In this document: in pieces, positions 28,739 through 38,151 of the stretch
How the letters are laid out: every line of letters starts with the position of its first letter
Position numbering within the stretch: the stretch's first letter is position 1
From: Obrimoposthia wandeli
Taxonomy: Eukaryota
Length of the DNA: 64,000 bases
Direction: 5' to 3'
NCBI GenBank assembly: GCA_977020255.1
Contig: CDROCS010005394.1
Location: forward strand, 62,001 to 126,000
Notes under the pieces: generated by a model
Databases searched by the model: none
Seen by the model: the letters and a program-made list of their open reading frames with translations, nothing else
Told to the model about the DNA's origin: nothing
Program-made: the position numbers and the translations under genes

Positions 28739-29190
28739 TTAGTTATAGAATTTTTACCTTCTTTCGCTATTTGCATTGATTTGTATACATGACCTTCATT
28801 TGAAATAGCATTGACTTTACTAATACCTAGCAATGCACACGGCGCGTTAATTCAAAACGCTCGCCGTATTTATCTTGATGACGTTCTAGCTTGTCAACAA
28901 GTGCAACCACATGCAATACCCATATAGTTACACTAACAGGAATGGACCACCTAGGAATGGTGGAAACCAATACCGAAGATTGCACGTGAATTCGCGCGCT
29001 TTTATGTCATGCATAAAAAAATACATTCATTGAAAGCACATCACGTGCGCTACTACATAGTAGCTTGAATACCAGTGGCGATCATAATTCAGCTGTTAGC
29101 TGCGTTGACGCGCTGCTTTAGATTTACATCTAACGCCGCTTCCCCCACTCGCATGACGCGATAATAATACTGCACGAAGCAATTCTGCAA
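28739..29190 (-). other. Scrambled remnants of the true fadJ 3' end
   Basis: Fragments encoding IFGIGF-(P)PFLGGPF, VVALVDKLERHQDKYGERFE, PCALL and KEGK-FYN-stop (stop at 28739) are interrupted by indels and inserted sequence. Confidence 0.8.
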
Positions 29191-31061
29191 CAAACAGCAA
29201 GCGCTTTAGGGTCCATTGTTGCTTCAGGTTTCAGGTTAAATAGCTTGTAGATTGATTCATCAACTTGCTTTTTACCCTTCTTGGCTTTCTTACCGTATAG
29301 GTAGAAACCTTTCTCGTTCTTACGCCCTTTACGATCATCAGCCAATAACTTATCGAACGCTGCAGGTGCTTCAAAACGGCTACCTAGCTCTTTCGTTAAG
29401 ATTGGACCGATCTTAGCACCAACATCGATACCAACTTCATCAAGAAGTGTTACAGGACCAACAGGGAAACCAAAATCAACAAGGGCTTTATCAACTGCCT
29501 CGATAGGCTCTTGCTCCAAGATAATGCGTGCAGCTTCGTTCATGTAAGGCGCAAGAATACGGTTTACATAGAAACCAGCACCATCTTTAACAACGATTGG
29601 CGTTTTGCCTTGCTTACGCGCAAATTCAACTGTTGTCGAGATAGTTTGGTCAGACGTGCCTGCATGCGTAATAATTTCAGCAAGTGGCATTTTGTCCACA
29701 GGGCTGAAGTAATGTAAACCAATTACGTTTTCAGGACGCTTTGCTTCAGATGCAATTTGCGTGATAGGTAAAGAAGACGTGTTTGATGCGAAAATAGTAT
29801 TTTCGTTACAGTTAGCTTCAATATCAGCCACCATTTGGTGCTTCAATTTAAGATCTTCAAATACCGCTTCAATCACAATGTCAGCACTTTTCACACCAGT
29901 GTACTCAGTTGTACCTGTGATCATAGCAAGTTGACTTTGCATTTCAGCTTTAGACATAAAGCGACGTTTAACTTTCTTGTTTAGAATGTCATACGTGTAC
30001 TTTTGTGCGTTAAGCAGACCTTGTGGTGCAATATCTTTAATACGCACAGGTACTTTCGCTTTAGTTGCAGTAACGTTAGCGATACCGCCACCCATTAAAC
30101 CACCACCAAGTACGATTGCTTTTTTCACTTTCTTCGGTGCAACACCTTCAACGCCGTCTTCTTTCTTCATCTCTGTGGTAGCAAAGAAAATGCCACGTAG
30201 ACATGCAGATTCAGATGTCATTGCAAGCTCAGCGAAACGTTTTGCTTCAAGTTTTAAACCTGCTTCAAAACCTTTTTCTTGACCTACTTTAACCACTTCT
30301 AGAATGGCTTCAGGTGCAGGGTAGTTGCCACGTGTTTTAGAGAACGTTTGCTTTGCAGCTTGATCGAACATGATGTTACGACCAAATTTATTTGTTTCTA
30401 AAAGCTTACTCGTAAGATCACGTTTCAATTCACGTTTGAACTTACCTTTTTTCGCTAGTTTAACCGCAACTTCAAGTAATACAGTTTCCGGTACAACTTC
30501 ATCAACAAGACCCATTTTCAGCGCTTGTTTACCACGAACTTGTTTACCAGTAAGCATCAAATCAAGTGACTTAGCCACACCGATTAAACGCGGTAGACGT
30601 TGAGTACCACCACTGCCAGGTAATAGACCTAACATGACTTCAGGTACACCTAGTACTGTTTTAGTGCTTTCTGTACATACACGGATATGACATGCCAGTG
30701 CTAGCTCTAAACCACCACCTAAACAAGGACCGTGGATAGCAGCAACAACAGGAATGTTTAATGCTTCCAGTTCACCCATAACGCGGTGACCTTCAAGTGA
30801 TAACGTCTCTGCGTCTGCAGCTGTTTCACATGCATCAATCATAGTCACGTCAGCGCCAGCAACAAAGCTGTCTTTCTTGCCACTGATCAGGACTAGACCT
30901 TGTAGATCTGAGTTTGATTTGATCTCTTTCATCAAATCAGAAATTTCATCAGCGAACTCAGCACGTAAAGTGTTCATCGTTTCGCCGGGTACGTCCATTG
31001 TTAGAACGCCAATTTTATCTTCACGGATCTCAAGTGAAAATGTTTTATCTTGCTGACTCAT
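29130..31061 (-). CDS. fadJ: Fatty-acid oxidation complex subunit alpha FadJ; C-terminus disrupted as given
   Basis: Enoyl-CoA hydratase motifs ([31 protein letters not shown]) and HAD motifs ([30 protein letters not shown]). ORF ends abnormally at 643 aa ([21 protein letters not shown]). Confidence 0.93.
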   Translation of the reverse strand: MSQQDKTFSLEIREDKIGVLTMDVPGETMNTLRAEFADEISDLMKEIKSNSDLQGLVLISGKKDSFVAGADVTMIDACETAADAETLSLEGHRVMGELEALNIPVVAAIHGPCLGGGLELALACHIRVCTESTKTVLGVPEVMLGLLPGSGGTQRLPRLIGVAKSLDLMLTGKQVRGKQALKMGLVDEVVPETVLLEVAVKLAKKGKFKRELKRDLTSKLLETNKFGRNIMFDQAAKQTFSKTRGNYPAPEAILEVVKVGQEKGFEAGLKLEAKRFAELAMTSESACLRGIFFATTEMKKEDGVEGVAPKKVKKAIVLGGGLMGGGIANVTATKAKVPVRIKDIAPQGLLNAQKYTYDILNKKVKRRFMSKAEMQSQLAMITGTTEYTGVKSADIVIEAVFEDLKLKHQMVADIEANCNENTIFASNTSSLPITQIASEAKRPENVIGLHYFSPVDKMPLAEIITHAGTSDQTISTTVEFARKQGKTPIVVKDGAGFYVNRILAPYMNEAARIILEQEPIEAVDKALVDFGFPVGPVTLLDEVGIDVGAKIGPILTKELGSRFEAPAAFDKLLADDRKGRKNEKGFYLYGKKAKKGKKQVDESIYKLFNLKPEATMDPKALAVCCRIASCSIIIASCEWGKRR

Positions 31062-32371
31062 TACGCACTCTCCACAATCATTGCTACACCTAGACCACCA
31101 GCAGCACAGGCAGCTGTTAATCCTAGACCACCACCACGACGTTTTAATTCATGTAATGTTTGCGTGATCATACGTGCACCAGTTGCTGCAAATGGGTGAC
31201 CATATGCAAGTGAACCACCGAGTACATTGAATTTACTTTCGTCAATTGTAGCTACGCGCTCTGCACGGCCTAATTTTTCTTGGGCAAACGTATCAGATTC
31301 TAGACATTTTATGTTTGCTAATGTCTGTGCCGCAAATGCTTCATGCATATCAAATAATGCTAAATCATCGAATTTAATACCAGCACGATCTAACGCTTCA
31401 GGTATCGCATAAGATGGGCCAATGAGACCATCAACATCAGCAGGTACAGCAGCGTAAGCATAGCTACGAATATAACCAAGTACTTCTAGACCCAGTTCTT
31501 TCGCACGTCCTTCACTCATTAGTAATACCGCAGCAGCGCCATCTGTTAGTGGCGTACTTGTTGCAGCAGTAACAGTACCGTGTTTACGGTCAAATGCAGG
31601 ACGCAATTTAGCGTAACCTTCAACTGTTGAGTTTTTACGAATGTTGTTATCTTCAGAAATAAATGACTTCATTGGCTCTGGATAAGCCGTCATTACTTCA
31701 TCTTTTAACTTGCCTTCTTCCCATGCTTTAGCTGCAAGAGAGTGAGAACGGTGAGCAAATTCATCTTGCGCTTGGCGCGTAATGCTATAAGACTTCGCCA
31801 TTTGTTCTGCAGTTTGTCCCATCGTGATACCGGTACTGTATTCTGAAACAGCAGGGGCAACTGGCATTAAATCTTTCAAGCTTAGTTGACGGGCAATCTT
31901 TAATTTATCGCCAGTCGTTTTAGCTTTGCTCAAGTTAATTAACTGATGAGCCAATTTTTTAGATACGCCAATTGGCACAACTGAAGATGAATCAGCACCA
32001 CCAGCAATACCACAGTCAATCGAACCAGCCATAATAGACTCGGTAACGTTTGAAATAGCTTGGAAACTTGTCGCACATGCACGCGATACACTGTATGCAT
32101 CGGTACCGATGTCCATACCAGTACCTAATACGATTTCACGCGCAATGTTTGGCGCTTCTGGCATTTGAACAACTTGCCCAAATACAACTTGCTGAACAAT
32201 TTTAGGATCAATGTCGTTACGAGTAAGCATCTCATTAACAACCATTTTGCCTAAATCTAATGCTGGAACCCCATGAAACGCTGTTGCTTGTTTAGCAAAC
32301 GGGGTACGTAATCCAGTGACCACCGCGATACGATCGCCGTTGCGGGTGGTTAGGCTTTGTGGTTTAGCCAT
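31061..32371 (-). CDS. fadI: 3-ketoacyl-CoA thiolase FadI
   Basis: SVSRACATS (catalytic Cys), [21 protein letters not shown] and ACAAGGLG. Start is ATG 32371 or GTG 32374. Confidence 0.95.
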   Translation of the reverse strand: MAKPQSLTTRNGDRIAVVTGLRTPFAKQATAFHGVPALDLGKMVVNEMLTRNDIDPKIVQQVVFGQVVQMPEAPNIAREIVLGTGMDIGTDAYSVSRACATSFQAISNVTESIMAGSIDCGIAGGADSSSVVPIGVSKKLAHQLINLSKAKTTGDKLKIARQLSLKDLMPVAPAVSEYSTGITMGQTAEQMAKSYSITRQAQDEFAHRSHSLAAKAWEEGKLKDEVMTAYPEPMKSFISEDNNIRKNSTVEGYAKLRPAFDRKHGTVTAATSTPLTDGAAAVLLMSEGRAKELGLEVLGYIRSYAYAAVPADVDGLIGPSYAIPEALDRAGIKFDDLALFDMHEAFAAQTLANIKCLESDTFAQEKLGRAERVATIDESKFNVLGGSLAYGHPFAATGARMITQTLHELKRRGGGLGLTAACAAGGLGVAMIVESA

Positions 32372-32396
32372 CACTTATCCTCATTCCGTTAAGTAA

Positions 32397-32413
32397 GAGA
32401 GGTCAGACCTCAT
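32397..32413. promoter_or_regulatory. FadR operator upstream of fadIJ
   Basis: gaGAGGTCAGACCTCat; GGTC-N-GACC core of the FadR consensus AACTGGTCNGACCAGTT, about 25 bp before fadI. Confidence 0.7.
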
Positions 32414-32448
32414 AAAATTAAGTCAATATTAACCTTTTGGTCACAATA

Positions 32449-32466
32449 TTCAAACATTAGTTTGAA
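32449..32466. promoter_or_regulatory. PsrA-like operator upstream of fadIJ
   Basis: TTCAAAC-ATTA-GTTTGAA palindrome fits the (C/G)AAAC-N4-GTTT(G/C) PsrA pattern. Confidence 0.6.
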
Positions 32467-32616
32467 AATTGAGTGTTTCATCTTAGAACTGTGACCTAGA
32501 AAAAATATTGTGTGAAAAAAATAGCCCCAAATAGTAGTCATATCAACCTAAACAATGTTTAGATACGGATATATTACTCACCATTTACACTATAAAATAG
32601 TCATTACCAGTAAAGT

Positions 32617-32673
32617 TCTGTAAAACGTTTTATAAAGCTGTCTATAAAACCTTTATAAAGCTTTCTATAAAAT
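32617..32673. repeat. Imperfect 23-24-bp tandem repeat (about 2.5 copies) upstream of moxR
   Basis: TCTGTAAAACGTTTTATAAAGCTG / TCTATAAAACCTTTATAAAGCTT / TCTATAAAAT. Confidence 0.6.
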
Positions 32674-32746
32674 AACTTTTGAACTTTTACAGTTAATCGA
32701 TTGTCGGTAAACTAGTGTTTATATTAACTTTATGCGATAGATAATT

Positions 32747-33703
32747 ATGCCAAAATCAAACTTTAATCAATTAAGAGGCTATCTTAACAGCCAAATTCTT
32801 GGGCAAGAAAAACTTGTCGACAATTTATTAATCGCGCTACTCGCAGATGGACATATCTTAGTAGAAGGTCCACCCGGATTGGCGAAAACACGTGCAGTCA
32901 AAGCACTTGCCGATAGCTTGGATGCCAACTTCCATCGTATTCAGTTCACACCTGATTTACTGCCAGCCGATTTAACCGGTACAGATATTTATCGCGCCGA
33001 AACCGGTACCTTTGATTTTCAACCCGGTCCTCTGTTCCACAATATCGTACTAGCAGACGAGATTAATCGTGCACCTGCTAAGGTACAGTCTGCGCTTTTA
33101 GAAGCTATGGCCGAACAGCAGATAACCGTTGGCAACAAAACCATGTTATTACCAAAGCTATTTATGGTAATGGCCACGCAGAACCCAATCGAGCAAGAAG
33201 GTACGTATCCATTACCGGAAGCGCAACTAGATCGCTTCATGTTACATCTGGAAATTGATTACCCCGATAAAGACACTGAATTACAAATTTTGCGTTTAAC
33301 CACACAAGAAGCGCAACAAAGCACCAGTGCACCAATTACTCAAATCAGTCAGCAAGCGATCATGCAAGCACGAGCAGAAGTCCTTAATATCCACCTTGCC
33401 CCTGCGCTTGAGCATTATCTTGTCGATTTGATTATGGCAACGCGAAATCCTGACACCTTAGATGCGCAACTCGCCAGTTGGATCACGTTTGGTGCAAGTC
33501 CGCGTGCCACGATTTCCCTTGCCCGTTGTGTTCGTGCTCGCGCTTGGTTACAAGGCCGTGATCATGTACTGCCGGAAGATATTCAAACCTGCCTTTACCC
33601 TATTCTACGTCACCGCTTATTACTGAGCTTTGAAGCTGAAGCTGACGGTATTACCGCAAACCAAGTTATTGACCGCATTTTGTCATTAATTGCATTTTCG
33701 TAA
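32747..33703 (+). CDS. MoxR-family AAA+ ATPase
   Basis: GPPGLAKT, RIQFTPDLLPAD, LADEINRAPAKVQSALLE and ATQNPIEQEGTYPLPEAQLDRF. Confidence 0.95.
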   Translation: MPKSNFNQLRGYLNSQILGQEKLVDNLLIALLADGHILVEGPPGLAKTRAVKALADSLDANFHRIQFTPDLLPADLTGTDIYRAETGTFDFQPGPLFHNIVLADEINRAPAKVQSALLEAMAEQQITVGNKTMLLPKLFMVMATQNPIEQEGTYPLPEAQLDRFMLHLEIDYPDKDTELQILRLTTQEAQQSTSAPITQISQQAIMQARAEVLNIHLAPALEHYLVDLIMATRNPDTLDAQLASWITFGASPRATISLARCVRARAWLQGRDHVLPEDIQTCLYPILRHRLLLSFEAEADGITANQVIDRILSLIAFS

Positions 33704-33716
33704 ACTGAGTTAGCCT

Positions 33717-34658
33717 ATGTCCGCAATCGAAGTCACGATAAAAGAGCTACAACAATACAGCTACCAAGCTAATAGCGTGTTGGCGAACAAAACCTTAGCA
33801 AGAGCAAAACTTGCTGGCGGTCATTTGTCGCCAATCAAAGGCCGCGGCATGGAGTTTAACGAATGTCGTCAATACCAACCCGGTGATGACATTCGCAGTA
33901 TTGATTGGCGTATTACCGCGCGCACAGGCAAAACCTACAGCAAATTATTCAGTGAAGAAAAAGAGCGCCCTGTTTATGTGTTACTTGACCTGTCATCGAG
34001 CATGTATTTTGGCAGTCAGTATCGCTTAAAGTCGGTACAAGCCTGTCACCTGACTGCATTACTGGCGTGGGCAACAAAGCACAAAAGTGATCGTGTCGGC
34101 GGTATTATCATCGGTGAGTTTGGCCATAAAGAATTAAAACCCCAGCGTCAACAGCGCGGTATTATGCAATTACTCAGCCAGACTGTGACCCTACATAACG
34201 CTCAACTTAACCAGAAAAATGTAGCCCATGGCAATGATGTAACAACGCCAGAATCGCTAGCAGGTGCCCTCACCCGTTTACGCATGGTGTGTAAAACCGG
34301 TAGCCATATTATGATCGTCAGTGATTTTCTTAATCTAGACGACAAAGCCCAAAAGCAATTAGCGTTATTAAAACGCCATAATGAAATCGAAGCTTGGCAA
34401 ATTTTCGATCCTTTAGAACAAGCTCTCCCAAACATTAGCGCCAATGTTCGTCTTGCCGTATCAGATGGGCAACAACAAGGTTTCGTTAGTCCAGGTGACG
34501 CCAGCAGCCGTCAGAAATATCAACAACACGCAGATGTTAAACAACAAGCCTTACGACAAGTAATGAATCGATACGGTATTCGTCATCATAAAATCAGTAG
34601 CGGTGAGTCATTACTTAGCCAGATCAAAAATAAGCAAGATAAGAGTAAGGGTAAATAA
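33717..34658 (+). CDS. DUF58-domain protein
   Basis: GRGMEFNECRQYQPGDDIRSIDWRITAR and LDLSSSMYFGS. Confidence 0.92.
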   Translation: MSAIEVTIKELQQYSYQANSVLANKTLARAKLAGGHLSPIKGRGMEFNECRQYQPGDDIRSIDWRITARTGKTYSKLFSEEKERPVYVLLDLSSSMYFGSQYRLKSVQACHLTALLAWATKHKSDRVGGIIIGEFGHKELKPQRQQRGIMQLLSQTVTLHNAQLNQKNVAHGNDVTTPESLAGALTRLRMVCKTGSHIMIVSDFLNLDDKAQKQLALLKRHNEIEAWQIFDPLEQALPNISANVRLAVSDGQQQGFVSPGDASSRQKYQQHADVKQQALRQVMNRYGIRHHKISSGESLLSQIKNKQDKSKGK

Positions 34659-34663
34659 AGCGC

Positions 34664-35185
34664 ATGGATCCGTTAGCACAGTTAAAAGATATTCATTTAC
34701 CAACACCCGTGTCGGCGTGGCCGTTATCGCTGTATTGGTGGCTAGTTATTATCGTACTCGTATTAATAGTCGGCTTAGCCATTTATGCTGTACTGCAGTA
34801 CATTAAAAAAACCAGATTAACCCGCTTAGCCTTAGCCGAATTAGCCCTATTACAGCAGCAAGGTTGCGAGGTAAATGACTTACACCACCTGCTCAAACGC
34901 ATTGTATTGTCGAGTTTCCCACGTGAAACAGCGGCATCATTGCACGGCGACGCATGGCTAGCTTTCCTCGACCAACAAGCCAGTACTAATAAACGTGTTT
35001 TCAATGCCTTCTCAAATAACGCTGCTGCATGGACGCTTGATTTATATAGTGCCAAGCCAAACATGCTCGCTGAATTAGCACACTTTAAAACATGCCAAGA
35101 CTGGATCAAGCAAACCCCGCTTATACCTATAGATTGTCATGTGAATAAAAAAATAAAAAATAAAGCGGAGAACAGTCATGTTTGA
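34664..35185 (+). CDS. DUF4381-like membrane protein
   Basis: MDPLAQLKDIHLPTPVSAWPL start, one TM helix, LHGDAWLAFLD; usual position in moxR-bat operons. Confidence 0.85.
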   Translation: MDPLAQLKDIHLPTPVSAWPLSLYWWLVIIVLVLIVGLAIYAVLQYIKKTRLTRLALAELALLQQQGCEVNDLHHLLKRIVLSSFPRETAASLHGDAWLAFLDQQASTNKRVFNAFSNNAAAWTLDLYSAKPNMLAELAHFKTCQDWIKQTPLIPIDCHVNKKIKNKAENSHV

Positions 35186-36200
35186 ATTTAACTGGCCTTG
35201 GCTGTTAATCCTATTACCCTTACCCGCGCTGATCCGCTTTTTTAGTCAGGCTGGTCAAGCACAAGCCCCATTAGTATTACCAAATCTGCCTTACATTGAA
35301 ACAGCAACAAGCACAGTTAGTAAAAAGTCGCGTACCATCTGGCTATTAAGCTTAATGTGGTTATGCTTGGTGCTCGCAGCTGCACGCCCGATGTGGATCG
35401 GCGAACCGCAATCCATTCCCCAACAAGGTCGTGAAATGATGCTCGCGGTAGATCTGTCTGGTTCGATGCAGATTGAAGACATGCAAATCAATAACCGCAT
35501 GGTTGACCGTTTGTCATTGGTAAAAACAGTGGTTGCTGATTTTATCCAACAACGTAAAGGCGATCGTGTTGGGCTTATTTTCTTCGCTGACAATGCCTAT
35601 TTACAAGCCCCGTTAACATTCGATTTAAAAACGGTCAGTGGCTACATGCAACAAGCTGTACTTGGCCTTGTTGGTCAACAAACCGCGATCGGCGAAGGTA
35701 TTGGCTTGGCATTAAAACGTTTTGATGCCGCCGAAGATGCCAAAAAGAAGGCACAAAAAGTATTGGTATTACTGACCGATGGCCAGAATACTGCTGGTGA
35801 GGTTAAACCACTTGAAGCCGCTAAATTCGCCAAAGAACAAGGTGTTAAAATCTACACAATTGGCGTCGGCGCCGATGCTTATTATAAACGCACGATATTC
35901 GGTAATCAGAAAGTAGATCCATCACAGGATCTAGATGAAACCACGCTAAAAGCAATCGCAGCACAAACCGGTGGGCAATACTTCCGAGCCCGTGATGCCG
36001 AGAGCTTAGCAGCTATCTATGCTGAACTCGATAAACTAGAACCTGTTGAGCAAGCACAACAACAATTTAGGCCGCAAACAGATTTATTCCATTGGCCATT
36101 AGCCATCGCCTTATTGTTGTCTATTTTCGCCTGTTATTTACGTCAAGGGCTTTCATTAGGTCAAGGCCAACTATTTACATCAGGGAAACGCCATGACTGA
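35178..36200 (+). CDS. BatA-like VWA-domain membrane protein
   Basis: MIDAS motif DLSGS, DRVGLIFFA, TAIGEGIG, LLTDGQN and IYTIGVG. Confidence 0.92.
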   Translation: MFEFNWPWLLILLPLPALIRFFSQAGQAQAPLVLPNLPYIETATSTVSKKSRTIWLLSLMWLCLVLAAARPMWIGEPQSIPQQGREMMLAVDLSGSMQIEDMQINNRMVDRLSLVKTVVADFIQQRKGDRVGLIFFADNAYLQAPLTFDLKTVSGYMQQAVLGLVGQQTAIGEGIGLALKRFDAAEDAKKKAQKVLVLLTDGQNTAGEVKPLEAAKFAKEQGVKIYTIGVGADAYYKRTIFGNQKVDPSQDLDETTLKAIAAQTGGQYFRARDAESLAAIYAELDKLEPVEQAQQQFRPQTDLFHWPLAIALLLSIFACYLRQGLSLGQGQLFTSGKRHD

Positions 36201-38151
36201 TTTTATGTTATTACGACCATTATGGTTATTGGCGCTATTGCCACTCATCGCCCTTGCTTGGTATTTCCGTAAGAATGATCAAGCGCAAGGCTGGCATACC
36301 GTGCTGTCGCCTGAAATCGCTAAGTTCTTATTAGCCCAACAGCAACCAGCAACAAAATCGAATAACTTCTTTATACCGTTAGCTTGTATTTGGGTACTGA
36401 CTACAATTGCATTATCAGGCCCGAGTTTTAGCTATACCGAGCGTCCTGTTGCCAGTATATCGCAAGCTAAAGTCATGGTATTAGATATGTCACTTTCGAT
36501 GCGCGCCACCGATCTAAAACCTAACCGTTTAACGCAACTGCGTTTTAAAAGCACTGATATTCTTAGCGGTATTAAAGAAGGTGAAATAGGTTTAGTCGCT
36601 TATGCTGGCGATGCCTTCGTAATTTCACCATTAACTACAGACACAAGCACCCTATTAAACTTGTTGCCAAACTTGTCACCAGAAATCATGCCAGTGAAAG
36701 GGTCAAAACCTACCGCAGGTATTCGTCAAGCAATCGAATTATTAACCAACGCAGGTTATCAGCAAGGCCAAATATTACTGGTTACTGATGGTATCAATCC
36801 AACCCAAGCAGATAACATCAACGCGTTATTAGCAGACACGGATTACAGCTTATCGATTCTTGGTATAGGCACAGCGCAAGGCGCGCCGATTAAACTGCGT
36901 GATGGCCAATTTCTTAAAAACAACCAAGGCACCATTGTCGTACCGCAACTAGACGTGGGTTTATTACAAGACACAGCGCAAGCCAATTCAGGCCAAGTAC
37001 AAGTGATCAGCCATGGTAGCCAGCAATTAACAGATTTGTTCAACCACGCATCTCGTTTTAAAAATAGTCAAAATAACCAGAAAACCGAATTAACCACAGA
37101 ACAGCGGAACGATGATGGTATTTGGCTACTGCCTTTGATCGCGTTATTAACGGCATTTAGTTTTCGTAAAGAACTGTTTTTCAGCTTTTTCTTGGTATTG
37201 TTATTACAACCAGAATCAAGTTATGCAGCTGATACTTCGATATGGAAAAACAGTAATGAGAATGGTGCATTGTTGTATCAAGATGAAAAATATCAACAAG
37301 CCGCAGACTCCTTCTCTGATGCTAATTGGCAAGCGAGTTCCCTGTATAAAGCCGGTGAATACCAACAAGCTATCGACCTATGGGCCGATGATGCAAGTAG
37401 TGATTCTGCGTATAACCAAGGTAATGCGTTAATGCAACTCGGTAATATTGACGAAGCAACCAAGGCTTATGAACAAGCGTTAAGATTGGATCCTAAAAAT
37501 AACGATGCCAAAGCCAATCTGGAAGTCACCAAAAGAATGAAGCAGCAAGGTGATAAAAACCAAGACGGTCAGAACCAGCAAGGTAGTCAGGACCAGCAAG
37601 ACGGTCAGGACCAGCAAGACAGTCAGAACCAACAAGACAGTCAGAACCAACAAGACAGTCAGAACCAACAAGACAGTCAGAACCAACAAGACAGTCAGAA
37701 CCAACAAGACAGTCAGAACCAGCAAGACAGTCAGAACCAACAAGACAGTCAGAACCAGCAAGACAGTCAGAACCAGCAAGACAGTCAGAACCAACAAGAC
37801 AGTCAGAACCAGCAAGACAGTCAGAACCAGCAAGACAGTCAGAACCAGCAAGACAGTCAGAACCAGCAAGACAGTCAGGATCAACAGGATGAGCAAGATA
37901 AAGCGGGTCTAGCTGGACAACAAGAAGTCAGCGATGAAACGGCGGAAGAAGGTAACGGCCAAGGTATACCAGCAGCGCAGAAAACACCATTAGAATTAGA
38001 ACAAGAAAAAGAGCAGCAGCAACGCTTACAGAAATGGTTACGGAATATCCCTGATGACCCCTCTCGGTTATTAAAAAATAAAATGTATATAGAAAGTCAG
38101 CAACGTAAAGCTGGATCTAATCAGCAAAATAGCTCGGAGCAAATATGGTAA
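36193..38151 (+). CDS. BatB/BatC-like VWA + TPR protein with Q/D/S/N tandem-repeat linker
   Basis: DMSLS MIDAS-like motif, VAYAGDAF, TPR (AYNQGNALMQLG..YEQAL..DPKN.DAKANL) and C-terminal LQKWLRNIPDDP. Confidence 0.9.
   Translation: MTDFMLLRPLWLLALLPLIALAWYFRKNDQAQGWHTVLSPEIAKFLLAQQQPATKSNNFFIPLACIWVLTTIALSGPSFSYTERPVASISQAKVMVLDMSLSMRATDLKPNRLTQLRFKSTDILSGIKEGEIGLVAYAGDAFVISPLTTDTSTLLNLLPNLSPEIMPVKGSKPTAGIRQAIELLTNAGYQQGQILLVTDGINPTQADNINALLADTDYSLSILGIGTAQGAPIKLRDGQFLKNNQGTIVVPQLDVGLLQDTAQANSGQVQVISHGSQQLTDLFNHASRFKNSQNNQKTELTTEQRNDDGIWLLPLIALLTAFSFRKELFFSFFLVLLLQPESSYAADTSIWKNSNENGALLYQDEKYQQAADSFSDANWQASSLYKAGEYQQAIDLWADDASSDSAYNQGNALMQLGNIDEATKAYEQALRLDPKNNDAKANLEVTKRMKQQGDKNQDGQNQQGSQDQQDGQDQQDSQNQQDSQNQQDSQNQQDSQNQQDSQNQQDSQNQQDSQNQQDSQNQQDSQNQQDSQNQQDSQNQQDSQNQQDSQNQQDSQNQQDSQDQQDEQDKAGLAGQQEVSDETAEEGNGQGIPAAQKTPLELEQEKEQQQRLQKWLRNIPDDPSRLLKNKMYIESQQRKAGSNQQNSSEQIW
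37561..37884 (+). repeat. In-frame coding VNTR, 18 copies of an 18-bp unit
   Basis: Unit CAAGACAGTCAGAACCA(A/G) encoding QDSQNQ; 14 near-identical copies flanked by 3 upstream and 1 downstream variant copies, with no spacers. Confidence 0.95.

Noticed and set aside
28671-29141. 24-bp direct repeat as attL/attR of a T6SS genomic island
   Set aside because: The copies are only ~450 bp apart and bracket fadJ remnants rather than the T6SS; no integrase is in the window. A matching copy beyond tssM cannot be checked here.
37561-37884. Possible CRISPR array
   Set aside because: Units are contiguous with no unique spacers, are in frame within a CDS, and no cas genes are present.
37480-37912. ORFs with LVLTV (minus strand) and TVRTSK (plus strand) repeats
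   Set aside because: Alternative-frame and antisense readings of the 18-bp VNTR in the BatB/C-like gene.
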